Source: Eledone cirrhosa (taxonomy: Eukaryota). From it: a stretch of DNA of 64,000 bases. The translations under genes were made by a program, and so were the position numbers. The notes under the pieces are model-generated. The model ran no database searches, had not been told where the DNA came from, and saw only the letters and a program-made list of their open reading frames with translations. The DNA is taken from assembly GCA_964016885.1 (NCBI GenBank), contig OZ024741.1, forward strand, positions 253,642,001-253,706,000. Direction: 5' to 3'. Position 1 is the first letter of the stretch, and each line of letters starts with the position of its first letter. Positions 26,744-40,200 of this stretch are shown here, in pieces.

Positions 26744-27533
26744 CCGCTTTCGGTTATTTGTCGAAAATTTCTTCATAGGAGCCTTTATTCTTATAGCCTG
26801 GTCTAATTGATTTTTTATATGGTTAATTATGCTAATATTGAGAGAGGAAATGGTATATATTTTATCTAATAATTCTAAGGGCATGATTTATTATATATTG
26901 CTCTGATTATTTAATTTATTAATTCTTCATTGAGCCACAACGTGACCGGTTACCACGTATATATCTATGACTTTATGTATATGTAAATCTTTATATTTAA
27001 TAATCTCCCGTTAGGTTGAGATACAATTGGGCGATATTGGGCTGCGCTTTCTAGCAACAAGCCTACCCGCCGTAAGCAACTAATCACATTCTTTCTAACT
27101 TGACCACTGCCACGTCACGATTCTTAGCCATTTTTAAATCTATTTTTGGAAAATTAAATGTCCAATCTTGAGTTTTCTCCTGATGAGTCCGAAACTTTGG
27201 ATATATCCTGATAATTGGATGTCTAAAAATACGGACGAAACCATGGTAGAGATATAATTACGGTATGTACACGTTTCTTCTAAGTTTGAATTTACACCTA
27301 ATTGTGTATGGTTGACGGTATATTTAGTCAGTTTCTACATGCTGTTGAAATGTTGGATAAATACTCTATTGGGGCCACCGCGAAGAGGCCGCTTTCGGTT
27401 ATTTGTCGAAAATTTCTTCATAGGAGCCTTTATTCTTATAGCCTGGTCTAATTGATTTTTTATATGGTTAATTATGCTAATTGGGAGAGGAAATAGTATA
27501 TATTTTATCTAATAATTCTAAGGACATGATTTA

Positions 27534-27540
<7 letters not shown>
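26744..27540 (+). mobile_element. Partial tandem (645-bp period) of a hammerhead-bearing Penelope-like/retrozyme-like unit ending at (TA)n
   Basis: ~150-bp direct repeats start at 26744 and 27389 (CCGCTTTCGGTTATTTGTCGAAAATTTC...). A hammerhead lies between them and a (TA)n tract follows the second copy. Confidence 0.7.
27176..27252 (+). ncRNA. Type I hammerhead ribozyme with extended helix II
   Basis: Helix I TCTC/GAGA; CTGATGA (27180-86); helix II GTCCG/CGGAC extended by TTTGGATAT(A)TCC/GGATGTCTAAA; GAAA (27237-40); helix III palindrome ACCATGGT; GUA (cut after 27248). Confidence 0.85.
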
Positions 27541-27607
<67 letters not shown>

Positions 27608-28021
27608 AGATATGTATATTTATATATATATACATATACAAACAAGTGGAAGCTTAGTAAAATCGAAGCTTTGGCTGTGGCGAAGCAAAGCCGACCTTAA
27701 TAAGGAATGAGTAGCAAAGCACTCAATAAGGGAAGGTCCTTAGAGTAATAACATTACGTTTAAAAGCTTGACAAATTGAAAATTGCGGTAGGCAAAAAAC
27801 AACGAAAGAACTAATCAGGTAAAATAACAGACCTGGACATGTCGAATGATATTCTGCAATACGTCTGATATGTTTCTATGAATTCGAAATCATCCATCCA
27901 ACTTACGTAACACGTAAGCTTGTGGTATTCGATGATCGAACAGGGGATTCACTTCATCAACAGGGATTCCGTTCTTTTTGCCTCAAACCGGTGTGAACAT
28001 TAACTAAATGCAACTGCCAAC

Positions 28022-28199
<178 letters not shown>

Positions 28200-28233
28200 A
28201 TAGATAAATAGATAGATAGATAGATAGATAGAT

Positions 28234-29083
28234 TTCTTTATTAGCCACAAGGGCGCAACAAGAAAGGGGACAATACAAAGACATGCCGGGGATTTTACAT
28301 ACAGTCGTGTAAAAAATATAAAAACAAACAATTTCAACAATCGAAATCCCCAATAGGGGGGAGGCGCCACAAATGGGTTGTTTAATACCCCGTCGATAGA
28401 ACAACCCTCAACTCAAGGAGCGTGTTGTGCAAGTGCTCCTTTCTTCCTTTTGCTCTCTTCCTCAACCTACAGGCTTATAAACAGAGAAGGCCCAATCACT
28501 CGGGCCATTTTCGCTTCATTCACCCACCTTTCAGTAAATTTACTGGGGTGCAGTGCCTCTCTCTCCACCCTGATTCTCCTTCTAAAGTGATACTTAAAGA
28601 AGGGAATCAATTGTTGTCCGGAGAGAAAGGCATCTGTCCTCAGTCCTCTCAACCTCGTCCACCATATAACTTCTTTCACCATAGCCACCGTACAGAGGAA
28701 AACCGCCTCTCTTTCGTTTTTGAAAGAGTCTGGCGGTTTGATCCTTACTATGGACTCGGCAGTCAACTGTATTTGTCCCATACGCGACAGCAGTTGTTCT
28801 GCATAGTTCCACAGGTCGCTTACGCCCGGGCAGTGTACAATTGCGTGCAGAACTGTTTCAATGTCCTGCGCACATCTTGGACACGTCCTCTTGGAAGGAT
28901 CCCTGCCAAGGCGTCCGTGCCTGTAGATCTTGTCACGAACCGGTAGAGCTCCTCGGTAGCACTGCCAGGCCAGGGACCTCTGGAAGTTGTCCATGGGTCC
29001 CGGGCGGAAAGTCCTACCAAACATACTGGTGAGCTCATCGTCTTCGACGCCCAGGGTCTCTCCGAGCACGTCGTCGCCCTTGT
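28234..29083 (-). mobile_element. 5'-truncated L1/Tx1-like LINE 3' end (zinc-binding domain) inserted in (GATA)n
   Basis: 200-aa ORF with LAWQCYRGALPV...CPRC..ETVLHAIVHC...LW (zf-RVT-like), a 3' UTR with AATAAA, and (TAGA)n on both flanks. Confidence 0.8.
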
Positions 29084-29199
29084 AGATAGATAGATAGATA
29101 GATATTTTCTTAAAGTTTTTATATTGATATAATTGAATATAATATTCCTCACATAATATAAGTCAATGTATGCATGTCTTCATATGTGCAGATATATAT

Positions 29200-29448
29200 T
29201 GTTGACAGGAAGGGCATACAGCTGTAGAAAACATGTCAAAGATAGGGGTGACAGGATTCTTCAGTTGTATCTAACACATGACAACCTTCTTAGTGTTGGT
29301 GTCATAATAAAATACATCCAATGTACTCTGTAAAGTGTAGCGAGATACGGCCTCTCGCCCTGCCCATCTGTGAGGTCAGCAGCTCTGATTAATTACTGAC
29401 AAGCTCGATTCAAACCTGTGTAAGGAAAATGGACGTTAAATGATGATG
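29200..29448 (+). mobile_element. SINE 3' portion with RTE-like (GAT)n tail
   Basis: AGGAAGGGCAT.CAGCTGTAGAAA motif and GGAAAA.GGACGT.AAATGATGATG end. The same terminus occurs at 24241-24290 (+) and 31728-31825 (-). Confidence 0.55.
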
Positions 29449-29480
29449 TATATATGTATGAATGTATGTTTCTATATTAT

Positions 29481-29543
29481 ATTTTATCTGATGAAAGCAC
29501 ACCATAATTTAACTTGGTGTCCTTGAAATATGTGTAATGAAAT
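29481..29543 (+). ncRNA. Hammerhead ribozyme A
   Basis: Helix I ATTTTAT/ATGAAAT; CTGATGA (29488-94); helix II AAG..ACACCA/TGGTGT..CTT; GAAA (29525-28); TATGTG; GUA (cut after 29536). Confidence 0.72.
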
Positions 29544-29737
29544 AAATATGGTTTTATAAATATAGTTTCCATTTGTTAATATATTGTATATTTACTCCAA
29601 TAATTTGTTGAGAGCTTTATATCAGTTATAAAAATATTTGCTTGTTGTATCCCAACAATTTAAATAGAACTTCTACATATATATATATATATTAAAATAC
29701 AAACATTAATAAAATAGATGTTCTTTTGATCAATTAA

Positions 29738-29790
29738 ATTTTATTATATATATTTCAGAGGTACAACAGTACGTCCTCATCAGACAAAAT
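29738..29790 (-). ncRNA. Hammerhead ribozyme B (opposite polarity to A and C)
   Basis: Minus strand ATTTTGT-CTGATGA-GGACGTAC tgtt GTACCTCT-GAAA-TATATA-TA-ATAAAAT; helix III palindrome ATATATAT. Confidence 0.78.
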
Positions 29791-29918
29791 ATAATGATAC
29801 ATGACATACCCTGAGATGTTAAATGGTTAAGATTTAATCAAGGTAGTTTAACTCTTTAATATATATATATATGGTATGTTTTTCATGGGTATGACTCTAT
29901 TTATAAAACAAAAATTGT

Positions 29919-29981
29919 ATTTTATCTGATGAAAGCGTACCAATGTTGTCTTGGTTACCCTTGAAATATATATAATAAAAT
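29919..29981 (+). ncRNA. Hammerhead ribozyme C
   Basis: ATTTTAT-CTGATGA-AAGCGTACCAA tgttgtc TTGGTTACCCTT-GAAA-TATATA-TA-ATAAAAT; perfect 7-bp helix I; cut after 29974. Confidence 0.8.
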
Positions 29982-30115
29982 AAATATGGTTTTATAAATA
30001 TAGTTTCCATTTATTGAATATCATTGAATATTTACTCCAGTAACTTGTTGAGTGCTTTAAATCATTTATAAACATTTATGTTTGTTGGACTTCCAACAAA
30101 TTAAATACCACTTCT

Positions 30116-30229
<114 letters not shown>

Positions 30230-30363
30230 AGAAGTGGTATTTAATTTGTTGGAAGTCCAACAAACATAAATGTTTATAAATGATTTAAAGCACTCAACAA
30301 GTTACTGGAGTAAATATTCAATGATATTCAATAAATGGAAACTATATTTATAAAACCATATTT

Positions 30364-30426
30364 ATTTTATTATATATATTTCAAGGGTAACCAAGACAAC
30401 ATTGGTACGCTTTCATCAGATAAAAT
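30364..30426 (-). ncRNA. Hammerhead ribozyme D (exact inverted copy of C)
   Basis: Reverse complement of 29919-29981 within the palindrome. Confidence 0.8.
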
Positions 30427-30509
30427 ACAATTTTTGTTTTATAAATAGAGTCATACCCATGAAAAACATACCTTATCGGTTGGAAATTCACTGACTATCC
30501 AGTATATAC

Positions 30510-30548
30510 ATGCGGCCACACTTAGAGTTTGCATCACCAGTCTGGAAC
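30510..30548 (+). mobile_element. Tiny CR1/L2-type LINE fragment
   Basis: Translates MRPHLEFASPVWN, matching the CR1-group motif RPHLEY.S.VW.P. Confidence 0.55.
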
Positions 30549-30558
30549 ATATGGTATA

Positions 30559-30931
30559 TTGCCAAATATACTATACATACATTCATGTATACATCGCTAT
30601 TTCAGAGCACCAATACTAATACTTAATTTTTGCTGGACCGGCAACTGCTCTGTATAATCAGCTCCTGATTATTACCGGAATTCTATAAGAATCCAGCTTC
30701 TATAATTTTAGGCGGAAGCAGGGAGTGCATGGCTCTGATGATCACCAAATAGCGTGAAACAGACTATTAGCTTCTCTCCCTTCTTTCGCCGAAAAGAAGT
30801 AAGTGACATAGTCATTACTTTAAAACCGATAGCGTATGGTCTTCAAAATGTTTTTAACATAGGATATCTTGCCAAATATACTATACATACATTCATGTAT
30901 ACATCACTATTTCAGAGCACCAATCCTAATA
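30559..30931 (+). repeat. ~63-bp direct repeats with 310-bp period
   Basis: TTGCCAAATATACTATACATACATTCATGTATACATC.CTATTTCAGAGCACCAAT.CTAATA at 30559 and 30869. Confidence 0.85.
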
Positions 30932-31928
30932 TATATATTTATATAAATTTGAGGCACTTTTTTTTCAGTCTCCTTCTCAACAAGGAAGATGAAAAAATTT
31001 GCCTAAACACTTAATTTTCAATCTTTAATTTTTAATTCTTATTAATTCTTTTTAATTGTAATACTCCACATTTGATAAAATGGATTTTACGAATACATCG
31101 AAACCAGTTATACTTTATATACATTATAAAACTCTTTTTTAAAACAATTGTCCCTCTCATTTTTCAATAATGTCAATTTGATGAATCAAAGAAAGGAAAA
31201 AAAAGAGATAAGCAGATCCTTAAATATATTTTCCGTGCTATTTCCAATTTCACCTTTTCGCTCTCTCCCTCTCTCTATATATATATACCTATATATATGT
31301 GTGTGTGTGTATGTATGTATGTAGTAATATGCTATGATATATACACACATGTATATAGTAAAAGAGAGTGATAGAATAAGTTTCTTGACTTGAAAAATAA
31401 GTACTAGGGTTGATAATAACGAACGTAATACGTCGTCAATGTTTGTCATAATGTCGCAATGTAGACAGCCAGACATACAGACAAATATTATAAGGGCGCG
31501 ATGGAGATCGATAACCGGCGCCTAACTCCCCTTTAACAACAGAAAATTGAAAAATAAAAGCTGCAGTTAATATCTTTAGACCGCAAGGAATATATAAATA
31601 TAAGTTTGAAGTCAATCGGAGAAGAAATGTGGATTTGTATAGACTTTGCAAAAATGAGGACACACACACAGAGACAACTACAGTTATATATATATATATA
31701 TATATATATAACTGTAGTTATATATATCATCATCATCATCATTTACGTCCGCTTTTTCCCTGCTTGCAAGCGTGGGACGGGAACTGATTCTGGCTTGATT
31801 TCTACAGCTGGATGCCCTTCCTAACAACAACCTCATTTACAGTGAGTGCTGGGTGCTTTTTTGCCGTGGCACCTCCACGACCACTTTGCAGTGGAATGAT
31901 ATGGACCCCAATCCCTATCATCTCATTT

Positions 31929-32046
31929 CTACAGCTGAGTAAACTGGAGCAATGTGAAATAAAGTTTTTCGCTCAAGGAAACAACACATCACCCGGTCTG
32001 AGAATTGAACTCACAACCAATGCTCTAACCACTAAGCCATGTGCCT

Positions 32047-32049
<3 letters not shown>
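31929..32049 (-). mobile_element. tRNA-derived SINE 5' portion
   Basis: Minus strand A box TGGCTTAGTGG, B-box-like GAGTTCAATTC, then a TCCTTGAGC..ACTTTATTTCAC.TTGCTCC core. Confidence 0.7.
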
Positions 32050-32111
<62 letters not shown>

Positions 32112-32202
32112 CATATATATATATAACGAAGGAAATGTGGTAAGGAACCAGGTAGACCATAACGCACCAAAGTACTCAATACTTAGGGTAGTAGAGTGGG
32201 TA

Positions 32203-32484
32203 ATAGGAACGAGTAGGACCCCGACGGCTGAGCTCAAGCCGTTTCGACGGCTAATTCTATATTTACCCCATATTGTTTTACTTATTGTTTCGACTCCCCC
32301 TCCCCCAGTATACTTCCTTGGCACTATCAACGCACGACTGGGTTTCCACCACCTGCTCTTTCTTCTTCTGGCAGGTTCAGCTACCCCTTCCTTCCACAAA
32401 TTGCCATGATAGAATTATGTGTCTCAACAACAAACTTTTGACCAATCCTTGTGAGCAGAATTAGCAGTCGGGGTCCTACTCGTT

Positions 32485-32489
<5 letters not shown>
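32203..32489. mobile_element. Small element bounded by 27-bp inverted repeats (MITE-like or fold-back)
   Basis: ATAGGAACGAGTAGGACCCCGAC(G)GCT at 32203-32229 pairs with 32463-32489 (1 mismatch). The right end abuts (TA)n. Confidence 0.6.
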
Positions 32490-32530
<41 letters not shown>

Positions 32531-32531
32531 C

Positions 32532-32563
<32 letters not shown>

Positions 32564-32669
32564 TTTTTTTTTTAAACGATCGACTTTCGTCAAATCGGAC
32601 CGAGGGAACAATGTTTCCGTTGATCTTTCCAATTGCTAATACTATCTATCGGTCGCAACTCCAGGTAGA

Positions 32670-32776
32670 AGGAGCAACGTGAAATAAAGTGTCTTACTCA
32701 AGGACATAACGCATCGCCTGGTCCAGGAATCGAACTCACAACCTTACGATTGCGAATCCAATTCTCTAACCACACG

Positions 32777-32778
<2 letters not shown>
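32670..32778 (-). mobile_element. tRNA-derived SINE 5' portion (second copy)
   Basis: Minus strand GTGGTTAGAG..GAGTTCGATTCC..GTCCTTGAGTAAGACACTTTATTTCACGTTGCTCC, homologous to 31929-32049. Confidence 0.7.
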
Positions 32779-32813
<35 letters not shown>

Positions 32814-33087
32814 TGAATAGAATGAAACGAAATTTCATTTCTCACTCTTAGTACGGCACTTACTTAAATGTAAGTATGTATGTATACGTACATACATATA
32901 TGTATACAGACGCACAGTAGCATGTATATATATACATACAGGCACACATATATATATGCACGTAACAGTTTACCGAACATTTATTATAATGCTCGGTTTG
33001 TTCGTTTGTAAACAAACAAACAGCCTGAATTACGCCGTACAGTGTTTAGGCAACCACGTCACCTTTTTGTTCAACACTGACACAGGA

Positions 33088-33130
33088 ACGATGTACTAGT
33101 TTCAAGCTTATTAGCTATCGTCAGCACCGT
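33088..33130 (-). ncRNA. Minimal type I hammerhead ribozyme (43 nt)
   Basis: Minus strand ACGGTG-CTGACGA-TAGCT aata AGCTT-GAAA-CTAG-TA-CATCGT: 6-bp helix I, helix III palindrome ACTAGT, GUA triplet. Confidence 0.78.
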
Positions 33131-33476
33131 ATACCTTTCTGCCAGATGGTTGAACGTCCGAAAGTATATACTTTCCTTATGAAAATTAACGGCTGAGCAG
33201 CCTAATTTGCATATCGAGTGAGTTCAGTCGGCCAGGCGCACCGAAAACGATATATAGGATTCGAAACTATAATGATCCACAGAAAGACACCCAATGAAGA
33301 GGAATTGCCCATCTACTTGTTTCTTCCACGTTTTCTGTTTCCTATATTTCGCCCCCCCCCCCTGTGTTTTTGTTTTCATGATAATGATATTTTCATTGTA
33401 ACAACACAGTTCAATTTCTAATCAAACTGCTATATATATATATTTAAAAGAATAGAGGTGTAACACACAAGTTATG

Positions 33477-33556
33477 ATATATTGGTAAACGGAAAAGAAA
33501 ATGCTGACAAATTGTTCACACTGTGAACAATTTGTCAGCATTTTCTTTTCCGTTTA

Positions 33557-33565
<9 letters not shown>
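33477..33565. repeat. Perfect 89-bp palindrome (44-bp arms, 1-nt centre)
   Basis: ATATATTGGTAAACGGAAAAGAAAATGCTGACAAATTGTTCACA-C-reverse complement, running into (TA)n. Confidence 0.95.
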
Positions 33566-33605
<40 letters not shown>

Positions 33606-34152
33606 GTATATATATATGTATATATGTGTATGTGTGCGTGTGTGTATAATATTTATTGTATGTGATTGTATGTTGGTGGTATAGTATGTAATTGTATGGT
33701 ATGTGATGATACGATAATGTTATGGTGATGGTATAGCTATGGTATGGTAATGATATTGTGATGGTGTGGGGATGATACGTCAACTAGCTCTATATGTAAC
33801 ACTGGTGTGGTAGCAGCTTGAATTAGTTCAATATACATCTCTTTATGTATGATGTTATTCAGTAATGAATAAAGAAAACACACAAGGAGAGGTGGTTGCG
33901 GAAGACATTACCCTGTGGCTACCTATCATTTAGATCTGATCATCATACAGAATCTTTTGTGATTTTATAGGTCAGTGTAGTTTACTCAAAATATTTAGAA
34001 ATCAATATAGAAATAACTCCTGATTGAACATCTCACTGGATTTGAATCTTAAGCAATTCTCTCAACATCATCTATTCACTACTTATATATAAATAGTATC
34101 AGCTTTCTGTGGAGTTGTTTGGGGTTTGGGTATTTGTGATTAAATAACTACA

Positions 34153-34260
34153 AAGGCAGTAAATTGGCAGAGATGATAGAATGTCAGAGAGAATGATGTG
34201 CATGATTCATTTTGACTCTCTACTCTCTGAGTTCAGATCCTGCCAAGATCTACTTTGTTT
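34153..34260 (+). mobile_element. Decayed SINE 5' portion directly preceding the 12-bp satellite
   Basis: AAGGCAGTAAATTGGCAGAG...CTGAGTTCAGATCC, similar to 3851-3990. Confidence 0.5.
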
Positions 34261-34299
34261 GATGGAGTTTGGGGGTTCACTAACATTATGACTACCATC

Positions 34300-37200
34300 G
34301 CCACCAACAACATCACCACCATCACAACTAACATCACCACCAACATCACAACTAACACCACAACTAACATCACCACCAACATCACCACCAACATCACAAT
34401 TAACATCACAACTAACATCACCACCAACATCACCACTAACATTACAACTAACATCACAACTAACATCACCACCAACATCACCACTAATATCACCACCAAC
34501 ATCACAACTAACATCACAACTAACATCACGACTAACATCACCACCAACATCACCGCCAACATCACAACTAACATCACAACTAACATCACCACCAACAGCA
34601 CCACCAACATCACAACTAACATCACAACTAACATTACCACCAACATCACCACCAACATCACAACTAACATCACCACCAATATCACCACGAACATCACCAC
34701 TAACATCACAACTAACATCACCACCAAGATCACCACTAATATCACAACTAACATCACAACCAACATCACCACCAACATCATCACCAACATCACCACCAAC
34801 ATCACAACTAACATCACAACTAACATCACAACTAACATCACAACTAACATCACAACCAACATCACCACCAATATCGCAACTAACATCACCACCAACATCA
34901 CCACCAACATCACCACCAACATCACAACTAACATCACAACTAACATCACCACCAACATCACAACTAACAGCACAAATTACATCTCAACTAACAAGACAAC
35001 TAACATCACCACCAACATCACCACCAACATCACCACCAACAACACCACCAACATCACCAGCAATATCACAACTAACATCACAACTAACATCACCACCAAC
35101 ATCACAACTAACATCACAACTAACATCACCACCAACATCACAACTAACATCACCACCAACATCACCACCAACATCACCACCAACATCACCACCAACATCA
35201 CCACCAACATCAAAACTAACAACACAACTAACAACACAACTAGCATCACCACCAACATCACCACTAACATCACCACCAACATCACCACCAACATCACCAC
35301 CAACATCAAAACTAACAACACAACTAACAACACAACTAGCATCACCACCAACATCACCACTAACATCACAACTAACATCACCACCAACATCACCACCAAC
35401 ATCACCACCAACATCACCACCAGCATCAAAACTAACAACACAACTAACAACACAACTAACATCACCACCAACATCACAACTAACATCACAACTAACATCA
35501 CCACCAACATCACCACCAACATCACAACTAACATCACCACCAACATCACCACCAACATCACCACCAACATCACCACCAACATCAAAACTAACAACACAAC
35601 TAACAACACAGCTAACATCACCACCAACATCACAACTATCATCACCACCAACATCACAACTAACATCACCACCAACATCACCAGCAACATCACAACTAAC
35701 ATCACAACTAAGATCGCCACCAACATCACCATCAACATCACAACTAACATCACAACTAACATTAACACCAACATCACCACCAACATCACAACTAACATCA
35801 CCACCAACATCACCACGAACATCACCACTAACATCACAACTAACATCACCACCAAGATCACCACTAATATCACGACTAACATCACAACCAACATCACCAC
35901 CAACATCACCACCAACATCACCATCAACATCACAACTAACATCGCAACTAACATCACAACTAACATCACAACTAACATCACAACCAACATCACCACCAAT
36001 AACACAACTAACATCACCACCAACATCACCACCAACATCACCACCAACATCACAACTAACATCACAACTAACATCACCACCAACATCACCACTAACAGCA
36101 CAACTTACATCACAACTAACATCACAACTAACATCACCGCCAACATCACCACTAACAGCACAACATACATCACAACTAACAAGACAACTAACATCACCAC
36201 CAACATCAACACCAACATCACCACCAACATCACCACCAACATCACCACCAACATCACAACTAACATCACAACTAACAAGAAAACTAACATGACAACTAAC
36301 ATCACCACCAACATCACAACTAACATCACAGCTAACATCACCACCAACATCACCACTAACAGCACAACTTACATCACAACTAACATCACAACTAACATCA
36401 CCACCAACATCACCACTAACAGCACAACTTACATCACAACTAACAAGACAACTAACATCACCACCAACATCAACACCAACATCACCACCAACATCACCAC
36501 CAACATCACCACCAACATCACAACTAACATCACAACTAACATCACCACTAACAACACAACTAACATCACCACCAACATCACAACTATAATCACCACCAAC
36601 ATCACAACTAACATCACCACCAACATCACCAGCAACATCACAACTAACATCACAACTAACATCACCAGCAACATCACCAACAACATCACCACTACCATCA
36701 CCACCACCATCACCACCAACATCACAACTAACATCACCACCAACATCACAACCAACATCACCACCAACATCACCACTACCATCACCACCAACATCACCAC
36801 CAACATCACAACTAACATCACAACTAACATCACCACTACCATCACCACCAACATCACCACCAACATCACAACTAACAACACAAGTAACATCACAACCAAC
36901 ATCACCACTAACATCACAACTAACATCACCACCAACATCACAACTAACATCACAACTAACATCACCACTACCATCACCACCAACATCACTACCAACATCA
37001 CCACCAACATCACAACTAACATCACAACTAACATCACCACCAACATCACAACTAACAGCACAAATTACATCTCAACTAACAAGACAACTAACATCACCAC
37101 CAACATCACCACCAACATCACCACCAACAACACCACCAACATCACCAGCAATATCACAACTAACATCACAACTAACATCACCACCAACATCACAACTAAC

Positions 37201-40200
37201 ATCACAACTAACATCACCACCAACATCACAACTAACATCACCACCAACATCACCACCAACATCACCACCAACATCACCACCAACATCACCACCAACATCA
37301 AAACTAACAACACAACTAACAACACAACTAGCATCACCACCAACATCACCACTAACATCACCACCAACATCACCACCAACATCACCACCAACATCAAAAC
37401 TAACAACACAACTAACAACACAACTAGCATCACCACCAACATCACCACTAACATCACAACTAACATCACCACCAACATCACCACCAACATCACCACCAAC
37501 ATCACCACCAGCATCAAAACTAACAACACAACTAACAACACAACTAACATCACCACCAACATCACAACTAACATCACAACTAACATCACCACCAACATCA
37601 CCACCAACATCACAACTAACATCACCACCAACATCACCACCAACATCACCACCAACATCACCACCAACATCAAAACTAACAACACAACTAACAACACAGC
37701 TAACATCACCACCAACATCACAACTATCATCACCACCAACATCACAACTAACATCACCACCAACATCACCAGCAACATCACAACTAACATCACAACTAAG
37801 ATCGCCACCAACATCACCATCAACATCACAACTAACATCACAACTAACATTAACACCAACATCACCACCAACATCACAACTAACATCACCACCAACATCA
37901 CCACGAACATCACCACTAACATCACAACTAACATCACCACCAAGATCACCACTAATATCACGACTAACATCACAACCAACATCACCACCAACATCACCAC
38001 CAACATCACCATCAACATCACAACTAACATCGCAACTAACATCACAACTAACATCACAACTAACATCACAACCAACATCACCACCAATATCACAACTAAC
38101 ATCACCACCAACATCACCACCAACATCACCACCAACATCACAACTAACATCACAACTAACATCACCACCAACATCACCACTAACAGCACAACTTACATCA
38201 CAACTAACATCAAACTAACATCACCGCCAACATCACCACTAACAGCACAACATACATCACAACTAACAAGACAACTAACATCACCACCAACATCAACACC
38301 AACATCACCACCAACATCACCACCAACATCACCACCAACATCACAACTAACATCACAACTAACAAGAAAACTAACATGACAACTAACATCACCACCAACA
38401 TCACAACTAACATCACAGCTAACATCACCACCAACATCACCACTAACAGCACAACTTACATCACAACTAACAAGACAACTAACATCACCACCAACATCAA
38501 CACCAACATCACCACCAACATCACCACCAACATCACCACCAACATCACAACTAACATCACAACTAACATCACCACTAACAACACAACTAACATCACCACC
38601 AACATCACAACTATAATCACCACCAACATCACAACTAACATCACCACCAACATCACCAGCAACATCACAACTAACATCACAACTAACATCACCAGCAACA
38701 TCACCAACAACATCACCACTACCATCACCACCACCATCACCACCAACATCACAACTAACATCACCACCAACATCACAACCAACATCACCACCAACATCAC
38801 CACTACCATCACCACCAACATCACCACCAACATCACAACTAACATCACAACTAACATCACCACTACCATCACCACCAACATCACCACCAACATCACAACT
38901 AACAACACAAGTAACATCACAACCAACATCACCACTAACATCACAACTAACATCACCACCAACATCACAACTAACATCACAACTAACATCACCACTACCA
39001 TCACCACCAACATCACTACCAACATCACAACTAACATCACAACTAACATCACAGCTAACATCAACACTAACAACCCAACTAACATCACCACCAACATCAC
39101 AACTATCATCACCACCAACATCACAACTAACATCACCACCAACATCACCAACAACATCACCACTAACATCACCACCAACATCACCACCAACATCACAACT
39201 AACATCACAACTAACAAGACAACTAACATCACAACTAACATCACCACCAACATCACAACTAACACCACAGCTAACATCACCACCAACATCACCACCAACA
39301 TCACCACCAACATCACAACTAACATCACCACCAACATCACCACCAACATCACCACTACCACCACCACCAACATCACCACCAACATCACCACTAACAACAC
39401 AACTAACATCACAACTAACTTCACCACCAACATCACCACTAACATCACCACTAACATCACAACTAACATCACAACCAACATCACCGCCATCATCACCACT
39501 ACCACCACCACCAACATCACCACTAACATAACCACTAACATCATAACTAACATCACCACTAACATCACAACTAACATCACCACCGACATCACAACTAACA
39601 TCACAACTAACATCACCACTACCATCACCACCACCATCACCACCAACATCACAACTAACATCACCACCAAGGTCACAACCAACATCACCACCAACATCAC
39701 CACTACCATCACCACCAACATCACCACCAAGATTACAACTAACATCACAACTAACATCACCACTACCATCACCACCCACCTCACCACCAACATCACAACT
39801 AACAACACAACTAACATCACAACCAACATCACCACTAACATCACAACTAACATCACCACCAACATCACAACTAACATCACAACTAACATCACCATTACCA
39901 TCACCACCACCATCACCACCAACATCACAACTAACATCACCACCAACATCACAACCAACATCACCACCAACATCACCACTACCATCACCACCAACATCAC
40001 CACCAACATCACAACTAACAGCACAACTTACATCACAACTAACAAGAAAACTAACATCACCACCAACATCACCACCAACATCACCACAAACATCACCAGC
40101 AACAACACAACTAACAACACAACTAACATCACCACCAACATCACAACTAACATCACCACCAACATAACCACCAACATCACCACCAACATCACCACCAACA

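Noticed and set aside
27861-27966. Minus-strand TTGATGA...GAAACATATC with long internal hairpins, a possible hammerhead
   Set aside because: The core has C3U, helix III is mismatched and helix I cannot be closed convincingly. At best it is a decayed relic.
31066-31113. TTGATAA-ATGGATT..AATACATC-GAAACCAGTT, hammerhead-like
   Set aside because: Two core substitutions and no helix I, so it cannot be supported without a family consensus.
31929-32778. tRNA genes suggested by A/B boxes
   Set aside because: No cloverleaf or acceptor stem. The boxes continue into a shared SINE core, so these are SINE heads.
32858-33260. Protocadherin promoter and first exon (GTAAGT on the minus strand at 32858-32863, octamer motif)
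   Set aside because: The motifs are short enough to occur by chance, and the region contains a hammerhead suggesting a mobile-element origin. It needs transcript evidence.
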